NCBI GenBank assembly: GCA_963772365.1
Contig: CAVYXA010000001.1
Location: 1,056,001 to 1,120,000, forward strand
Reading direction: 5' to 3'
Source of the DNA: an uncultured Verrucomicrobiae bacterium
GTDB taxonomy: Bacteria > Verrucomicrobiota > Verrucomicrobiia > Chthoniobacterales > UBA10450
Length of the DNA stretch: 64,000 nucleotides
Shown: piece after piece, positions 37,606-47,228 of the stretch
How positions within the stretch are numbered: the first letter of the stretch is position 1
How the letters are laid out: every line of letters starts with the position of its first letter
Position numbers and translations under genes: made by a program
The notes under the pieces: generated by a model
Told to the model about the DNA's origin: nothing
What the model saw: only the letters and a program-made list of their open reading frames with translations
Database searches by the model: none

Positions 37606-38405
37606 ATTCGATAATAGTTTTTCAAGCCCCAAATTCTGACACGCTGCGGGAGAAACCGGAAAATCACAGGTGCCACTTTAGCCTGGAACACACCGCCGAC
37701 AGTAACACGCGGCGGAAGATCGACACCGTCAATTAATTTGAGAATCTGTTCCGCGACCAAATCCGCCGGTGGCGCTTCGCGCATGTTCCGTTCTACTGCC
37801 TTCCATGTTTTGGCAAGAGCTTCGTCATACCGGAAGTCACCTGCTGCGCTTTTGACGACCGCGTCATTAAAATCGGTGCGAATATCCGCCGGTTGAAGAT
37901 CGACAATCGAAATGTTCTCGTCGCCCGATTCAAGTTGCATGGTCATGATGAACGAAGCCATGGCGGCCTTTGCAGCGTTGTAAGCAGCCATAAACGGCAC
38001 CGGTAATCGCGCGGCCAGCGAACTCACGTTAATAATTGTTCCTCCGTTCCGTCTTCGCATCGCGCCCAGCGTCAGTTGCAGCAACTTCACCTGCGAATGA
38101 AACAGGATTTGAAATTGATCGGCAATTGTCTCCGACGACAGCGATTCAGCCGGCCCGAAATGTCCAGAGCCGGCGTTGTTGATGACGACATCGAACCCAT
38201 TCGCCTCGTTCCATGCCCGATCGAAAATCGACTCCAGGCTTTGGAAATCCCGCAGATCGAGTTGGACAGGATGAAACTGCGGAATGTCCGGTAATCGGCC
38301 CAGGTCACGGGATGTTCCCCAGACCTCGTGGCCGGCAGCAGTCAGTTCTCTCGTAATCGCACGACCGATGCCGGCACTGGCGCCCGTGAGAAAAATCCGC
38401 TTCAT
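37602..38405 (-). CDS. Short-chain dehydrogenase/reductase
   Basis: TGASAGIG, NNAG and YNAAK motifs. Confidence 0.9.
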   Translation of the reverse strand: MKRIFLTGASAGIGRAITRELTAAGHEVWGTSRDLGRLPDIPQFHPVQLDLRDFQSLESIFDRAWNEANGFDVVINNAGSGHFGPAESLSSETIADQFQILFHSQVKLLQLTLGAMRRRNGGTIINVSSLAARLPVPFMAAYNAAKAAMASFIMTMQLESGDENISIVDLQPADIRTDFNDAVVKSAAGDFRYDEALAKTWKAVERNMREAPPADLVAEQILKLIDGVDLPPRVTVGGVFQAKVAPVIFRFLPQRVRIWGLKNYYRI

Positions 38406-39910
38406 GAGGAATGAATGTTAGCAACCAAATACAAAAAGATGATGTGCCCCTTTAAGTAAATCACCAGGGAACGATCGAATCGTGCTAATGGCACACGATA
38501 CCAATCCTTTGGGAGCGCGAACTTGGGGTCATCTGTGTATACGGCCGCCGCATCTTTGGTTGCTTTCAACACTTGGTCCGTGCTGCTAATTCGAGTCAGC
38601 GAAATCGTCTTGAATTCTGGCGCGTACCAATCGGCATGTTTTTTTGTCTTATTGCTCAAAAGCAGGACGACGCGTCCGCGCGTTTCAGGCGGATACAGCG
38701 TCTGAAGAAAATGCACGAAGCGCAGAGCAGGAGCATCCTCGCCATGATTCGCGATGACCAAAGGAATAGCGGTGTAGAGCAGCAGAGCGACCAATGCTAC
38801 AGAAGCCCATTTCCAAGGCGCAGCCAGCCGATGTAACCCACGCAAGATAACGACCAGCAGCAGTGGAAAAATGACAAGATAATATCGCGTCGTTTCCGGA
38901 AGACAGATGAAGATGATGGCGACGTGAACAATTGCCCACGGAAGATGGAAGCGCCAAAATTGGCCGTCGCTCGCTTCACGATGCCAGGACGCGTAGGCCG
39001 AGACACCAAATAGGACGATCACGGCTCCCGCGGCCAATGCGAGCCAGGAAGCAAGAAAACCGAAACCCAATCCGAACCATCCCAGAAAATGATAACAAAC
39101 GCGGGTGGCCAAATAATGCGGAGTCCAGTTGCCTGCACCGATAAAGACATCCGGTTTATCGTAGCGCCAACTCCACTGCTGGTAGACAAGTTTGGGATAG
39201 ACCAGCCATCCGGATACATCCGGCCTCAGGCGCCATTGGGTGTACCACATTGGGATTAGCCAAAGCAAACTGCCGGCGACCAAAGTGCTCCAAGCGAAGA
39301 TCGACATATACGTTCCCGGACGTCGTTGCCGCAACGCGATCGCGAGAATGATAAACACTACCAGAATGAGTTGCGGCCGAGCACCGGCCGCGGCCGCACC
39401 AAGCAATGCAGTCGCGAACAGGTAGGCGCGGCTCCTGCCTTTGGAAACATAAATGGCAGCCAGGATCTCGGCGCTAAGAAGTCCGGCGGCCAAACTATCG
39501 CTTAGAACCTTTGTCGTGGTCATCCAAACTCCTGGCATGACCGCAAGACATGAGGTTACCCACCAGGCGAGACGCTCGGTGAATTGCGCACGAATAATTA
39601 AGAACCAGGCAGCAATGAACAGCCCGCCGCCGATTGCCGAAACCAGGTGAAGCGATAATTCCGGCGTCGCACCAAATAGGATGACCGCCAGTTTGCCCAG
39701 AGCGATGTAAAGAGGATACCCTGGCGGCTGGGGCTGGTGATTCCACACATCGAAGTGGCGGACTCCCTGCGCAAAATTGACCGAATCGATTTCGTCCAGA
39801 CCCGGCGAACGCGTGATGAAATAAACCGCGGACGCGATCGCAAAAATCAGCGCCGCTTTGACCAAAGTTGTCCGGTTCAAAGTTTTTGAATAGCGCCATT
39901 CATCCGCCAT
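38402..39910 (-). CDS. GT-C-type membrane glycosyltransferase (DUF2723/ArnT-like)
   Basis: DEIDSVNF...HQPQPPGYPLY; many TMs; RYYL; coupled to the SDR. Confidence 0.65.
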   Translation of the reverse strand: MADEWRYSKTLNRTTLVKAALIFAIASAVYFITRSPGLDEIDSVNFAQGVRHFDVWNHQPQPPGYPLYIALGKLAVILFGATPELSLHLVSAIGGGLFIAAWFLIIRAQFTERLAWWVTSCLAVMPGVWMTTTKVLSDSLAAGLLSAEILAAIYVSKGRSRAYLFATALLGAAAAGARPQLILVVFIILAIALRQRRPGTYMSIFAWSTLVAGSLLWLIPMWYTQWRLRPDVSGWLVYPKLVYQQWSWRYDKPDVFIGAGNWTPHYLATRVCYHFLGWFGLGFGFLASWLALAAGAVIVLFGVSAYASWHREASDGQFWRFHLPWAIVHVAIIFICLPETTRYYLVIFPLLLVVILRGLHRLAAPWKWASVALVALLLYTAIPLVIANHGEDAPALRFVHFLQTLYPPETRGRVVLLLSNKTKKHADWYAPEFKTISLTRISSTDQVLKATKDAAAVYTDDPKFALPKDWYRVPLARFDRSLVIYLKGHIIFLYLVANIHSS

Positions 39911-39978
39911 GCTCAGGCGTTCGACAAGTCTCGATTGAACTGGCGGCATGCATCGATCCATGCGCTATAATTCCGGTC

Positions 39979-41367
39979 TTGATTTCGAATCTGCGACGTT
40001 GGGCAAGTTTCACATTAAGCCGCGGCGCACCGCGTGATCATCGCGAGCGGCGGCTTCGAGGTGTCTTCCGGGGAACTGCTTCCGGTGTGGTGTGGCGGTT
40101 GACAGTGATCGTGGTCAACGTGGTTTCGATACCACTAACCATTCGGTACCTGGGAACTGAACGCTATGGAGCATGGGTCACCATCACTACCGTTCTTTCG
40201 TTCTTAAACATCACCGATTTCGGGTTGGCTAATAGTCTTACGAACGCGCTGGGCAGAGCCCAAGCTCAAGACGCGCGGGTGGCCGGACAGCGATACGTTT
40301 CGTCTGCGTTCGCAATGTTGTCAGCCGTTGCTCTGCTGATCCTGGCTTGCGGGCTCACACTCGCGGCGTCGATCTCTGGATTCCTGTTTCCGCATCTCCA
40401 ATCAGCCCTGGCTCGAGGAGAGGTCACGCCCGCCATTGCTGCGGCGTTAGCGATATTCGCCTTGAATCAACCGCTCTTGATCAACGCTCGCGTACTGGCT
40501 GCTCACCATGAAACTGTCGTAGCAAATATTTGGAACATCGCCGGAACACTCGGCAGTCTTCTGGCTCTTCTGATCGTGATCTGGTTCCATGGTGGTTTGA
40601 TCTGGTTGGTCTGGGCTAGCTCTGGTTTCGGACTGTTTACCAACTTGATCTGCGCGATCTGGCTCTTCGGACTTCATAAACCGTGGCTGCGGCCACGCTT
40701 CGCAACTATCGATCTCACCTATATGAGAAAGCTTTTTTCGGAAAGCTGGAGGTTCTTCGTCACGGGGGTCGGCTCGTTGGTCAATTGGCAGACCGACATT
40801 ATCGTGATCGCCCATTTTCTCGGGGCCGCTCTAGTCACCCCTTACACGGTCTGCTTCCATTTGTTCACCATCGCCACTGGGTTGCAGACGCTGGTGCAAC
40901 CATCGCTCTGGCCCGCCTACACCGAAGCCTTTGTGCAACACGATCACGATTGGATCCGGCAAACTCTCCGTTCCAATTTCAAGTTTAGTTTCTTTACAAC
41001 AATTGTGATTGTCGGTGTGCTGACGATCTTTGCTGGCGAGATCATCCGGGTTTGGGCCGGTCCGGCCGCAGTCCCGCCTTTTTCGGTAATTGTCTGGATG
41101 GCAATCTGGCGACTAATGCTTTCGACGCTTTCGCCCGGTATCGTTCTCCTAAATGCAACGGGACACCTCAAAGGATTGACCGTTTATGGAACCATCACCG
41201 CAATTCTGAATCTGGCATTGTCGATCCTGCTCGCGCAAATCTATGGTGTCTCCGGGGTTATTGCCGCAACCGCGATTGCCTATACGATTGCCAGTTACAT
41301 TCCAGTATTTCTCGAGGTTCGCGCGGTTGTGCACCGATTTCCCCGCGAAGTTCCAAGGGCTGGTTGA
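39979..41367 (+). CDS. Oligosaccharide flippase (Wzx/MOP family)
   Basis: PLTIRYLGTERYG, DFGL and TDIIVIAHFLG; about 12 TM; start uncertain. Confidence 0.8.
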   Translation: MISNLRRWASFTLSRGAPRDHRERRLRGVFRGTASGVVWRLTVIVVNVVSIPLTIRYLGTERYGAWVTITTVLSFLNITDFGLANSLTNALGRAQAQDARVAGQRYVSSAFAMLSAVALLILACGLTLAASISGFLFPHLQSALARGEVTPAIAAALAIFALNQPLLINARVLAAHHETVVANIWNIAGTLGSLLALLIVIWFHGGLIWLVWASSGFGLFTNLICAIWLFGLHKPWLRPRFATIDLTYMRKLFSESWRFFVTGVGSLVNWQTDIIVIAHFLGAALVTPYTVCFHLFTIATGLQTLVQPSLWPAYTEAFVQHDHDWIRQTLRSNFKFSFFTTIVIVGVLTIFAGEIIRVWAGPAAVPPFSVIVWMAIWRLMLSTLSPGIVLLNATGHLKGLTVYGTITAILNLALSILLAQIYGVSGVIAATAIAYTIASYIPVFLEVRAVVHRFPREVPRAG

Positions 41368-41479
41368 AAAATGGTTGGTATCTCGCATTTGCCGAACACC
41401 AATCACATCAAATCATCTTTGGTGGGTGTCCTCGACGCCCGGCAGGCGCGTTGGAGCGAGAGCAAGGTTGAAGCATAAA

Positions 41480-42313
41480 GTGAAAAGACCATTCGCGATC
41501 GGTCTCCTGATTTCAGTTTGTCTGATAACGTGCAATTGCTCCCGGCACGAACAACGCGACAGCGCAGCGCCCTTCAAAATCATCGCCACAGATTCGGGAT
41601 TTGAGGCGCCCGAAGCTGTTCCGATCGGCTTGCGGCACATTATTTTTGAAAATCACGGTTCGGAAATCCACGAGGCGATGCTCGTGAAGTTGCCCCGTAA
41701 AATGAATGCAAATGATTACTGGGCGGCAGTAAAAGCCGGCTCGCTTTTTCCACAAGGGGCGCTGGATTATTCCGGTGCGGGGTTAATGTCACCCGGCGCG
41801 ACCGCCGAGATGTGGTTGAGACTGGACCCGGGCGATTACGTTCTTATCTGCTGGAACGATGGCCATGCCGAGAGAACGCCGGTGCGCGCATTTTCGGTCC
41901 GATATCCGGTGGTTGAAGATACCCCACCTCGGGAAGATGTCGTTCTACGACTCTACGATTATCGCTTCGAAATTCAGGGGAAACTGCACAAGGGAACGCA
42001 GACGATCCGAGTAGAAACGCCCGGTCCTGCCATGCACGAGGCCGATATCTACCGATTGCATCCGGGGAAGAGCGCGGCTGACCTGAAACAATGGCGCAAA
42101 GCAGACGGCCATGGCGCTGCCCCGGCTGATGCGCTCGGCGGCGCTCTCGATAACCACGATATCAGCAGAGTGGTGTGGTTGCGGAAAAATTTCACCCCGG
42201 GCCGCTATGTTTTTTACTGCGAGATGCCGGTCACGGCAAATTCTCAAACGCCCAACGGTGGAATCACCCATGACGATCTTGGTATGGTGCAGGAATTCGA
42301 GATCGAGCCGTGA
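41480..42313 (+). CDS. Secreted/lipoprotein with duplicated cupredoxin-like domains
   Basis: Two repeats of HE...PG.Y...C...H (LDPGDYVLIC...GH; TPGRYVFYC...HDDLGM). Confidence 0.6.
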   Translation: MKRPFAIGLLISVCLITCNCSRHEQRDSAAPFKIIATDSGFEAPEAVPIGLRHIIFENHGSEIHEAMLVKLPRKMNANDYWAAVKAGSLFPQGALDYSGAGLMSPGATAEMWLRLDPGDYVLICWNDGHAERTPVRAFSVRYPVVEDTPPREDVVLRLYDYRFEIQGKLHKGTQTIRVETPGPAMHEADIYRLHPGKSAADLKQWRKADGHGAAPADALGGALDNHDISRVVWLRKNFTPGRYVFYCEMPVTANSQTPNGGITHDDLGMVQEFEIEP

Positions 42314-42408
42314 CCTTCGCGACTACCCATGTTCTATAACAAGAAGCTGACGATCTCCCTGTAATCCAGCCGAACGGGAAACTGTCAGTTTCCCCTACAG
42401 ACTACATC

Positions 42409-45400
42409 TTAGCTTCGCCGCTCGGATTTTGTGCTGACCAGCCAGCGCGCAAGCTTTTCTTCAAGCTCGCTGGTAAGATCGACAGAAAATTGGGTTCCGG
42501 CATCTAGACAGAATGGATCGCCTTCCGTTCGATCGAAGAGCAATCGAACCGGATGTTTGCCCGGTGAAGCAGCCAGGATCTGCCGCACTTCGTGCAAATC
42601 CTCTTTCGTCGCTTGGTGAGAAAACTTTAATACGACCGCGTTTTCATCAGCAGAAGCCTGGTTCGATTTGCTATTCCCGTTCGTATTAACCAGAACCTTC
42701 ACTTTTTGCGCGGTCGCCCGGAGCGAATCGCCTCTCGCATCGATCGTTCCCTGAATAGCAATGACGCGTCCGGTCGCCAATGTATCTGCCACCGGCACAT
42801 AATTCTCATTCCAGATCACAACTTCGAGCGTACCGGTAAGGTCCTCGATCCAAACGACCGCGAACGGTTTGCCTTCGCGTCGCGTAAACTTGCGATCGAT
42901 CTGAATCAACGCGCCGATCACCTTGAACGTGGAGCGATCATCCAGATCGGCCAGCGAACCGATGGTTTGGTAATTTTTCGTCGCGATAAGATCGACATAA
43001 GCGTCCAGCGGATGACCGCTCACATAAAACCCGAGCAATTCCTTTTCGTAGGAAAGCTTCTCATGCTCGCCCCACGGCTTTACTGTTCGCCGACGCGTTG
43101 TGTGCGGCTGAACATCATCGGCGAAAAGGGAAACCTGACCGGCGGCGCGATCGCGATGGGCGGCGGCGGAAGCAGCGAGACATTCATCGATGCAATCGTA
43201 AAGCTCGGCCCGATCGCGTCCGACAAAATCGAAAGCACCGGCTTTGATCAGGCTCTCGAGCATCTTGCGATTGGCCACGCGCGTCCCTAGTCGGCTGCAA
43301 AAATCGTCCAGCGATTTGAATGGCCCATTTTGATCTCGTTCCCGGATCGACAATTGCATCGCCGATTCGCCCACGTTCTTGATCGCGGCGAGGCCATAGC
43401 GGATTGCGTTTTGCTGTAGCGGCGCTCTATGAGCGTCGTCTTCCTGAGTTCGGCGGTCATAGACCGCCGCTACAGCGGGCACAAACTTTAATCCGCTCCG
43501 GTTAATGTCTGGCGGCAAAATCGACATCCCCATCCGTTTACATTCGCCGACGAAAACCGAAATCTTGTCGGTGTTATTGATTTCGTTGCTGAGCAGCCCG
43601 GCCATGAACTCGACCGGGTAATGCGCCTTGAGATAGGCCGTTTGATAACTGATCACGCCGTATGCGGCGCTGTGACTCTTGTTGAATCCATAACCAGCGA
43701 ATTTTTCGAGCAAATCGAAAATGGCATTTGCTTTTTTCTCCGAGATCTTGTTGGTACGGGCGCAGCCTTCAATAAAATTGCTGCGCTCCTTGGCCATCTT
43801 TTCCTTATCCTTTTTGCCCATTGCGCGCCGAAGGAGATCACCTTGCGCGAGCGAATAACCGGCCAACTTGCTGGCCGCGGCCATAACCTGTTCCTGATAA
43901 ATCATGACGCCGTAGGTGTCGGCGCAGATTTCTTCTAAGAGCGGATGTTCGTAGCGGATCTTTGTGAGGCCTTTTTTGCGCTTGATGTAATCGCCGATGA
44001 GATCCATCGGCCCGGGGCGATAGAGCGCGATCAAGGCGATGATGTCGTCGATCTTCCGGACATCGAACTGTTTGGCCACGCTAGTCATTCCGCCGGATTC
44101 CATCTGGAAGAGGCCGATGGTCTCGCCGCGATTGTAAAGCGCGAATGCGGCTTCATCGTTCATCGGAATATTTTTGAGTGAAAAATCCGGCTCACGCTTT
44201 TGTATCAGCTTCACCGTGTCCTCGATCACCGTCAGCGTTTTGAGCCCGAGGAAATCCATCTTGAGCAGCCCGAGATCGTTCAATGGTCCCATCGGATACT
44301 GGCTGATCACGTCGTTGCCTTTCACGTCGCGACAGAGCGGGATGTATTCGGACAAATCGCGGTCTGCGATCACAACACCGGCTGCATGCACGCCGGCGTT
44401 GCGCGACAAGCCTTCCAGAATTTTGCCGTATTCGAAAACGCGCCGCGTATCTTCCTCGGTCGCGATGGCGCGCTTGAGCTCGGCATTCTTTTCAGCGGCC
44501 GATTCGAGAGTGATGTTCAACTCGTTCGGAATCATCTTTGCTATTCGGTCGGCTGCCGCGTATGGCAGACCGATCACGCGGCCGACATCGCGCACCACGC
44601 TTTTCGCTTTCAGTTTTCCAAACGTAATGATCTGCGCGACCCGGCGTTCGCCATATTTTTTTCGAACGTATTCGAGAACTTCGCCGCGACGCGATTCACA
44701 AAAATCGACATCGATATCGGGCGGCGAAATACGATCGGGATTGAGAAAACGTTCGAAGATCAATCCGTACTGCAACGGATCGATATCGGTAATCCCGAGC
44801 ACGTAAGCGACGAGGGAACCAGCTGCTGATCCCCGCCCGGGTCCGACCGGAATCCCGCGTTCCTTTGCGAAATGGATGAAATCCCAGACGATAAGGATGT
44901 AACTGACGAATCCGGTTGCTTCGAGAACATCCAGCTCATAATCGAGACGTTGCCGGAGTTGATTGCGTGTCGCGCCGGTGCCCGGCGAAGGCGGATCGAT
45001 ATTCGCCCGCTCGCCGTAACGTTCTCCCAGACCTTTCGCACAAAGTTCTCGCAAATATGCTCTGCGAGTCGTCCCTTCCGGCGCCGGATACTCCGGATAT
45101 TTCGATTTACCGAGCTCAATTTCGAGATTGCATCGTTCCGCGATGGCGAGCGTGTTGGCGATTGCTTCCGGGAAATCCTTGAAGATTTCGCACATCTCGG
45201 CCGGCGATTTAAAATACAACTCGGGCAAATAGCGCATCCGTTGTTCGTCCTGAACCATTTTGCCGGTGCCGATGCAGAGCATCACATCGTGAGCATCATG
45301 ATCGGCGCGCCGGAGAAAATGGACGTCGTTCGCCGCGACCAAGCCAACGCCGAGATCTTTGGCGATCTTCGGCAACACGGCGTTACACCATTTTTGTTCT

Positions 45401-45948
45401 TCCATTCCGTGATCGTGCATCTCGATGAACAAATTTTCCGGACCGAGAATGTCCCGATAATCCGCAGCAGCCTGCTTTGCGATGTCGATCTTGTTGGATT
45501 GAAGGGCAGAATTGACCTCGCTGGCCAGACAACCACTCAACCCGATCAGTCCGGCCGAATGTTGAGCGAGTAATTCTTTGTCGATCCTCGGCCGGTAATG
45601 AAATCCGTCGAGATGTGCGGTCGAAATTAGCTTGATGAGGTTGTGATAACCGGTGTCATCCTGGGCAAGAAGGGTGAAATGATACGCCGCTTCTCGCATC
45701 GAATTTGGCCGTTCTCGGTGAGACCCGGGCGCGATGTAGGCTTCGCAACCGATGATCGGCTTGATCCCGGCCCGTTTCGCTTCCTGATAAAATTCAATCG
45801 CGCCAAAGAGATTGCCGTGATCGGTCATCGCGACCGCCGGCATCTTGAATTCCTTCGCTTTTTTCATCAACTCTCGCATCCGAATCGCGCCGTCGAGCAG
45901 CGAGTATTCGGTGTGAAGATGAAGATGAACGAAAGAATCGCGCGGCAT
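42409..45948 (-). CDS. dnaE: DNA polymerase III alpha subunit
   Basis: HLHLHTEYSLLDG, GRGSAAGS, PDIDVDF, KMDFLGL and GYGFNKSH motifs. Confidence 0.98.
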   Translation of the reverse strand: MPRDSFVHLHLHTEYSLLDGAIRMRELMKKAKEFKMPAVAMTDHGNLFGAIEFYQEAKRAGIKPIIGCEAYIAPGSHRERPNSMREAAYHFTLLAQDDTGYHNLIKLISTAHLDGFHYRPRIDKELLAQHSAGLIGLSGCLASEVNSALQSNKIDIAKQAAADYRDILGPENLFIEMHDHGMEEQKWCNAVLPKIAKDLGVGLVAANDVHFLRRADHDAHDVMLCIGTGKMVQDEQRMRYLPELYFKSPAEMCEIFKDFPEAIANTLAIAERCNLEIELGKSKYPEYPAPEGTTRRAYLRELCAKGLGERYGERANIDPPSPGTGATRNQLRQRLDYELDVLEATGFVSYILIVWDFIHFAKERGIPVGPGRGSAAGSLVAYVLGITDIDPLQYGLIFERFLNPDRISPPDIDVDFCESRRGEVLEYVRKKYGERRVAQIITFGKLKAKSVVRDVGRVIGLPYAAADRIAKMIPNELNITLESAAEKNAELKRAIATEEDTRRVFEYGKILEGLSRNAGVHAAGVVIADRDLSEYIPLCRDVKGNDVISQYPMGPLNDLGLLKMDFLGLKTLTVIEDTVKLIQKREPDFSLKNIPMNDEAAFALYNRGETIGLFQMESGGMTSVAKQFDVRKIDDIIALIALYRPGPMDLIGDYIKRKKGLTKIRYEHPLLEEICADTYGVMIYQEQVMAAASKLAGYSLAQGDLLRRAMGKKDKEKMAKERSNFIEGCARTNKISEKKANAIFDLLEKFAGYGFNKSHSAAYGVISYQTAYLKAHYPVEFMAGLLSNEINNTDKISVFVGECKRMGMSILPPDINRSGLKFVPAVAAVYDRRTQEDDAHRAPLQQNAIRYGLAAIKNVGESAMQLSIRERDQNGPFKSLDDFCSRLGTRVANRKMLESLIKAGAFDFVGRDRAELYDCIDECLAASAAAHRDRAAGQVSLFADDVQPHTTRRRTVKPWGEHEKLSYEKELLGFYVSGHPLDAYVDLIATKNYQTIGSLADLDDRSTFKVIGALIQIDRKFTRREGKPFAVVWIEDLTGTLEVVIWNENYVPVADTLATGRVIAIQGTIDARGDSLRATAQKVKVLVNTNGNSKSNQASADENAVVLKFSHQATKEDLHEVRQILAASPGKHPVRLLFDRTEGDPFCLDAGTQFSVDLTSELEEKLARWLVSTKSERRS
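43413..43476. repeat. GTAG-type REP doublet inside the dnaE coding sequence
   Basis: GCTGTAGCGGCGCTCTATGAGCGTCG ... CGGCGGTCATAGACCGCCGCTACAGC, perfect 12-bp terminal inverted repeat. Confidence 0.8.
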
Positions 45949-45987
45949 CGTTTTCAGTATAAGCGTTCGAAGAAAATCGCAACCTCG

Positions 45988-46698
45988 CTACTTCGCCGCC
46001 ATGTAAATCGTGGCAATCCCACCCGTGAGTTGCTCGGCTCTGGCGTTTGCAAAACCGCTCGATTCCATTAAACCAAGCATCTTTTCTCCGCTGGGAAAAT
46101 CTTCGATCGAATCGCCCAGATAATCGTAGGCGCTCTTTTTCCGGGTCAGCAATGAACCGAATAATGGAAGACAATGATGCAGGTAAAATCGATAAACCGA
46201 GCGCAGGATCGACATCGTTGGCAGTGAAAATTCCAAAACAAGGACGTGACCGCCCGGTCGAATCACTCTGGAGATTTCCCGGAGCGCTCCGCCCCAATCT
46301 TCCATGTTGCGCAGACCGAACGCGACGGTCACGCAATCGAAAGCCGTATCCGGAAACGGAAGCTTCATCGCGTCGGCCAGGACTGTGTGACGAACTCCTT
46401 TCCGTTTTGCCAGCTCGATCATCTCCGGCAAGAAATCTGCGCCGATGATTTCCGCGTCCGGAATTTTCCTTTGCAACGCCAGCGCGAGATCGCCGGTGCC
46501 GGTGGCAAGATCGACAATCTTCTTCGGCTGCCATCCCGCAACGATCTCCGCGGCCCGTTTGCGCCAGTGGAAATCGATCCCGCAACTCAGCAGATGATTG
46601 GCCAGATCGTAGCGCGAGGCGATCGATCCAAACATTTGCCGGACGCGTTCCGGCGCCTGATATGATGTGCGTTGTTCGATGTCGCATTTTTGAATCAC
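45988..46698 (-). CDS. ubiE: Ubiquinone/menaquinone C-methyltransferase (UbiE/MenG)
   Basis: MFGSIASRYDLANHLLS, DLATGTGD, AFGLRN and AYDYL motifs. Confidence 0.92.
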   Translation of the reverse strand: MIQKCDIEQRTSYQAPERVRQMFGSIASRYDLANHLLSCGIDFHWRKRAAEIVAGWQPKKIVDLATGTGDLALALQRKIPDAEIIGADFLPEMIELAKRKGVRHTVLADAMKLPFPDTAFDCVTVAFGLRNMEDWGGALREISRVIRPGGHVLVLEFSLPTMSILRSVYRFYLHHCLPLFGSLLTRKKSAYDYLGDSIEDFPSGEKMLGLMESSGFANARAEQLTGGIATIYMAAK

Positions 46699-46846
46699 GA
46701 AATCAGAATCGACAACTCAAATCATTGCTGAGCATACGAAAATGGCGGAACAGATTCGTTAGCTTAAATCATTTGCGTAAAAACCTGGCCGGCAATCGCA
46801 AAAACCTGATTGCCATGTCTGATAACCACCGCTATGTCACCAGCCT

Positions 46847-47170
46847 ATGGACATATCTGTTAAAGACCTGGAACAAGCTGTCGCGATTCGACGGCAGATC
46901 GATTCTTTGGAACAACGTCTCTCATCTATCCTTGGAAATCGGAGCATCGGAATAGCGCCAGTAAGGTCGCGCAGCGGCCGGCGCTCTGTCTCGCCTGCTA
47001 CTCGTGCCAAACTCGCCGCGGCAGCGAAAGCGCGGTGGGCCAGAATGAAAAGTGGAAGAAATTCCCGAGGCGCGCCAAAGCGCAGAGGCGGAATCACTCC
47101 CGCCGGAAGACGCAGACTTTCCCAGCTGATGAAAGCTCGTTGGGCTAAAAGGCGAGCCGGAAAAAGCTAA
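46847..47170 (+). CDS. Small highly basic protein, putative nucleoid-associated
   Basis: Coiled-coil N-terminus and two (S/T)PA.R.(K/R)L....KARWA repeats. Confidence 0.7.
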   Translation: MDISVKDLEQAVAIRRQIDSLEQRLSSILGNRSIGIAPVRSRSGRRSVSPATRAKLAAAAKARWARMKSGRNSRGAPKRRGGITPAGRRRLSQLMKARWAKRRAGKS

Positions 47171-47228
47171 CTCAGTCCAGCGTTTCCATAGCCGATCAAC
47201 AAATCGCCGCATCGATCGCAGAACGGTT

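Noticed and set aside
12791..45948. Inteins in DnaB or DnaE
   Set aside because: Lengths are normal and no C...HN splice motifs are seen; the only insertions are short repeat-derived loops
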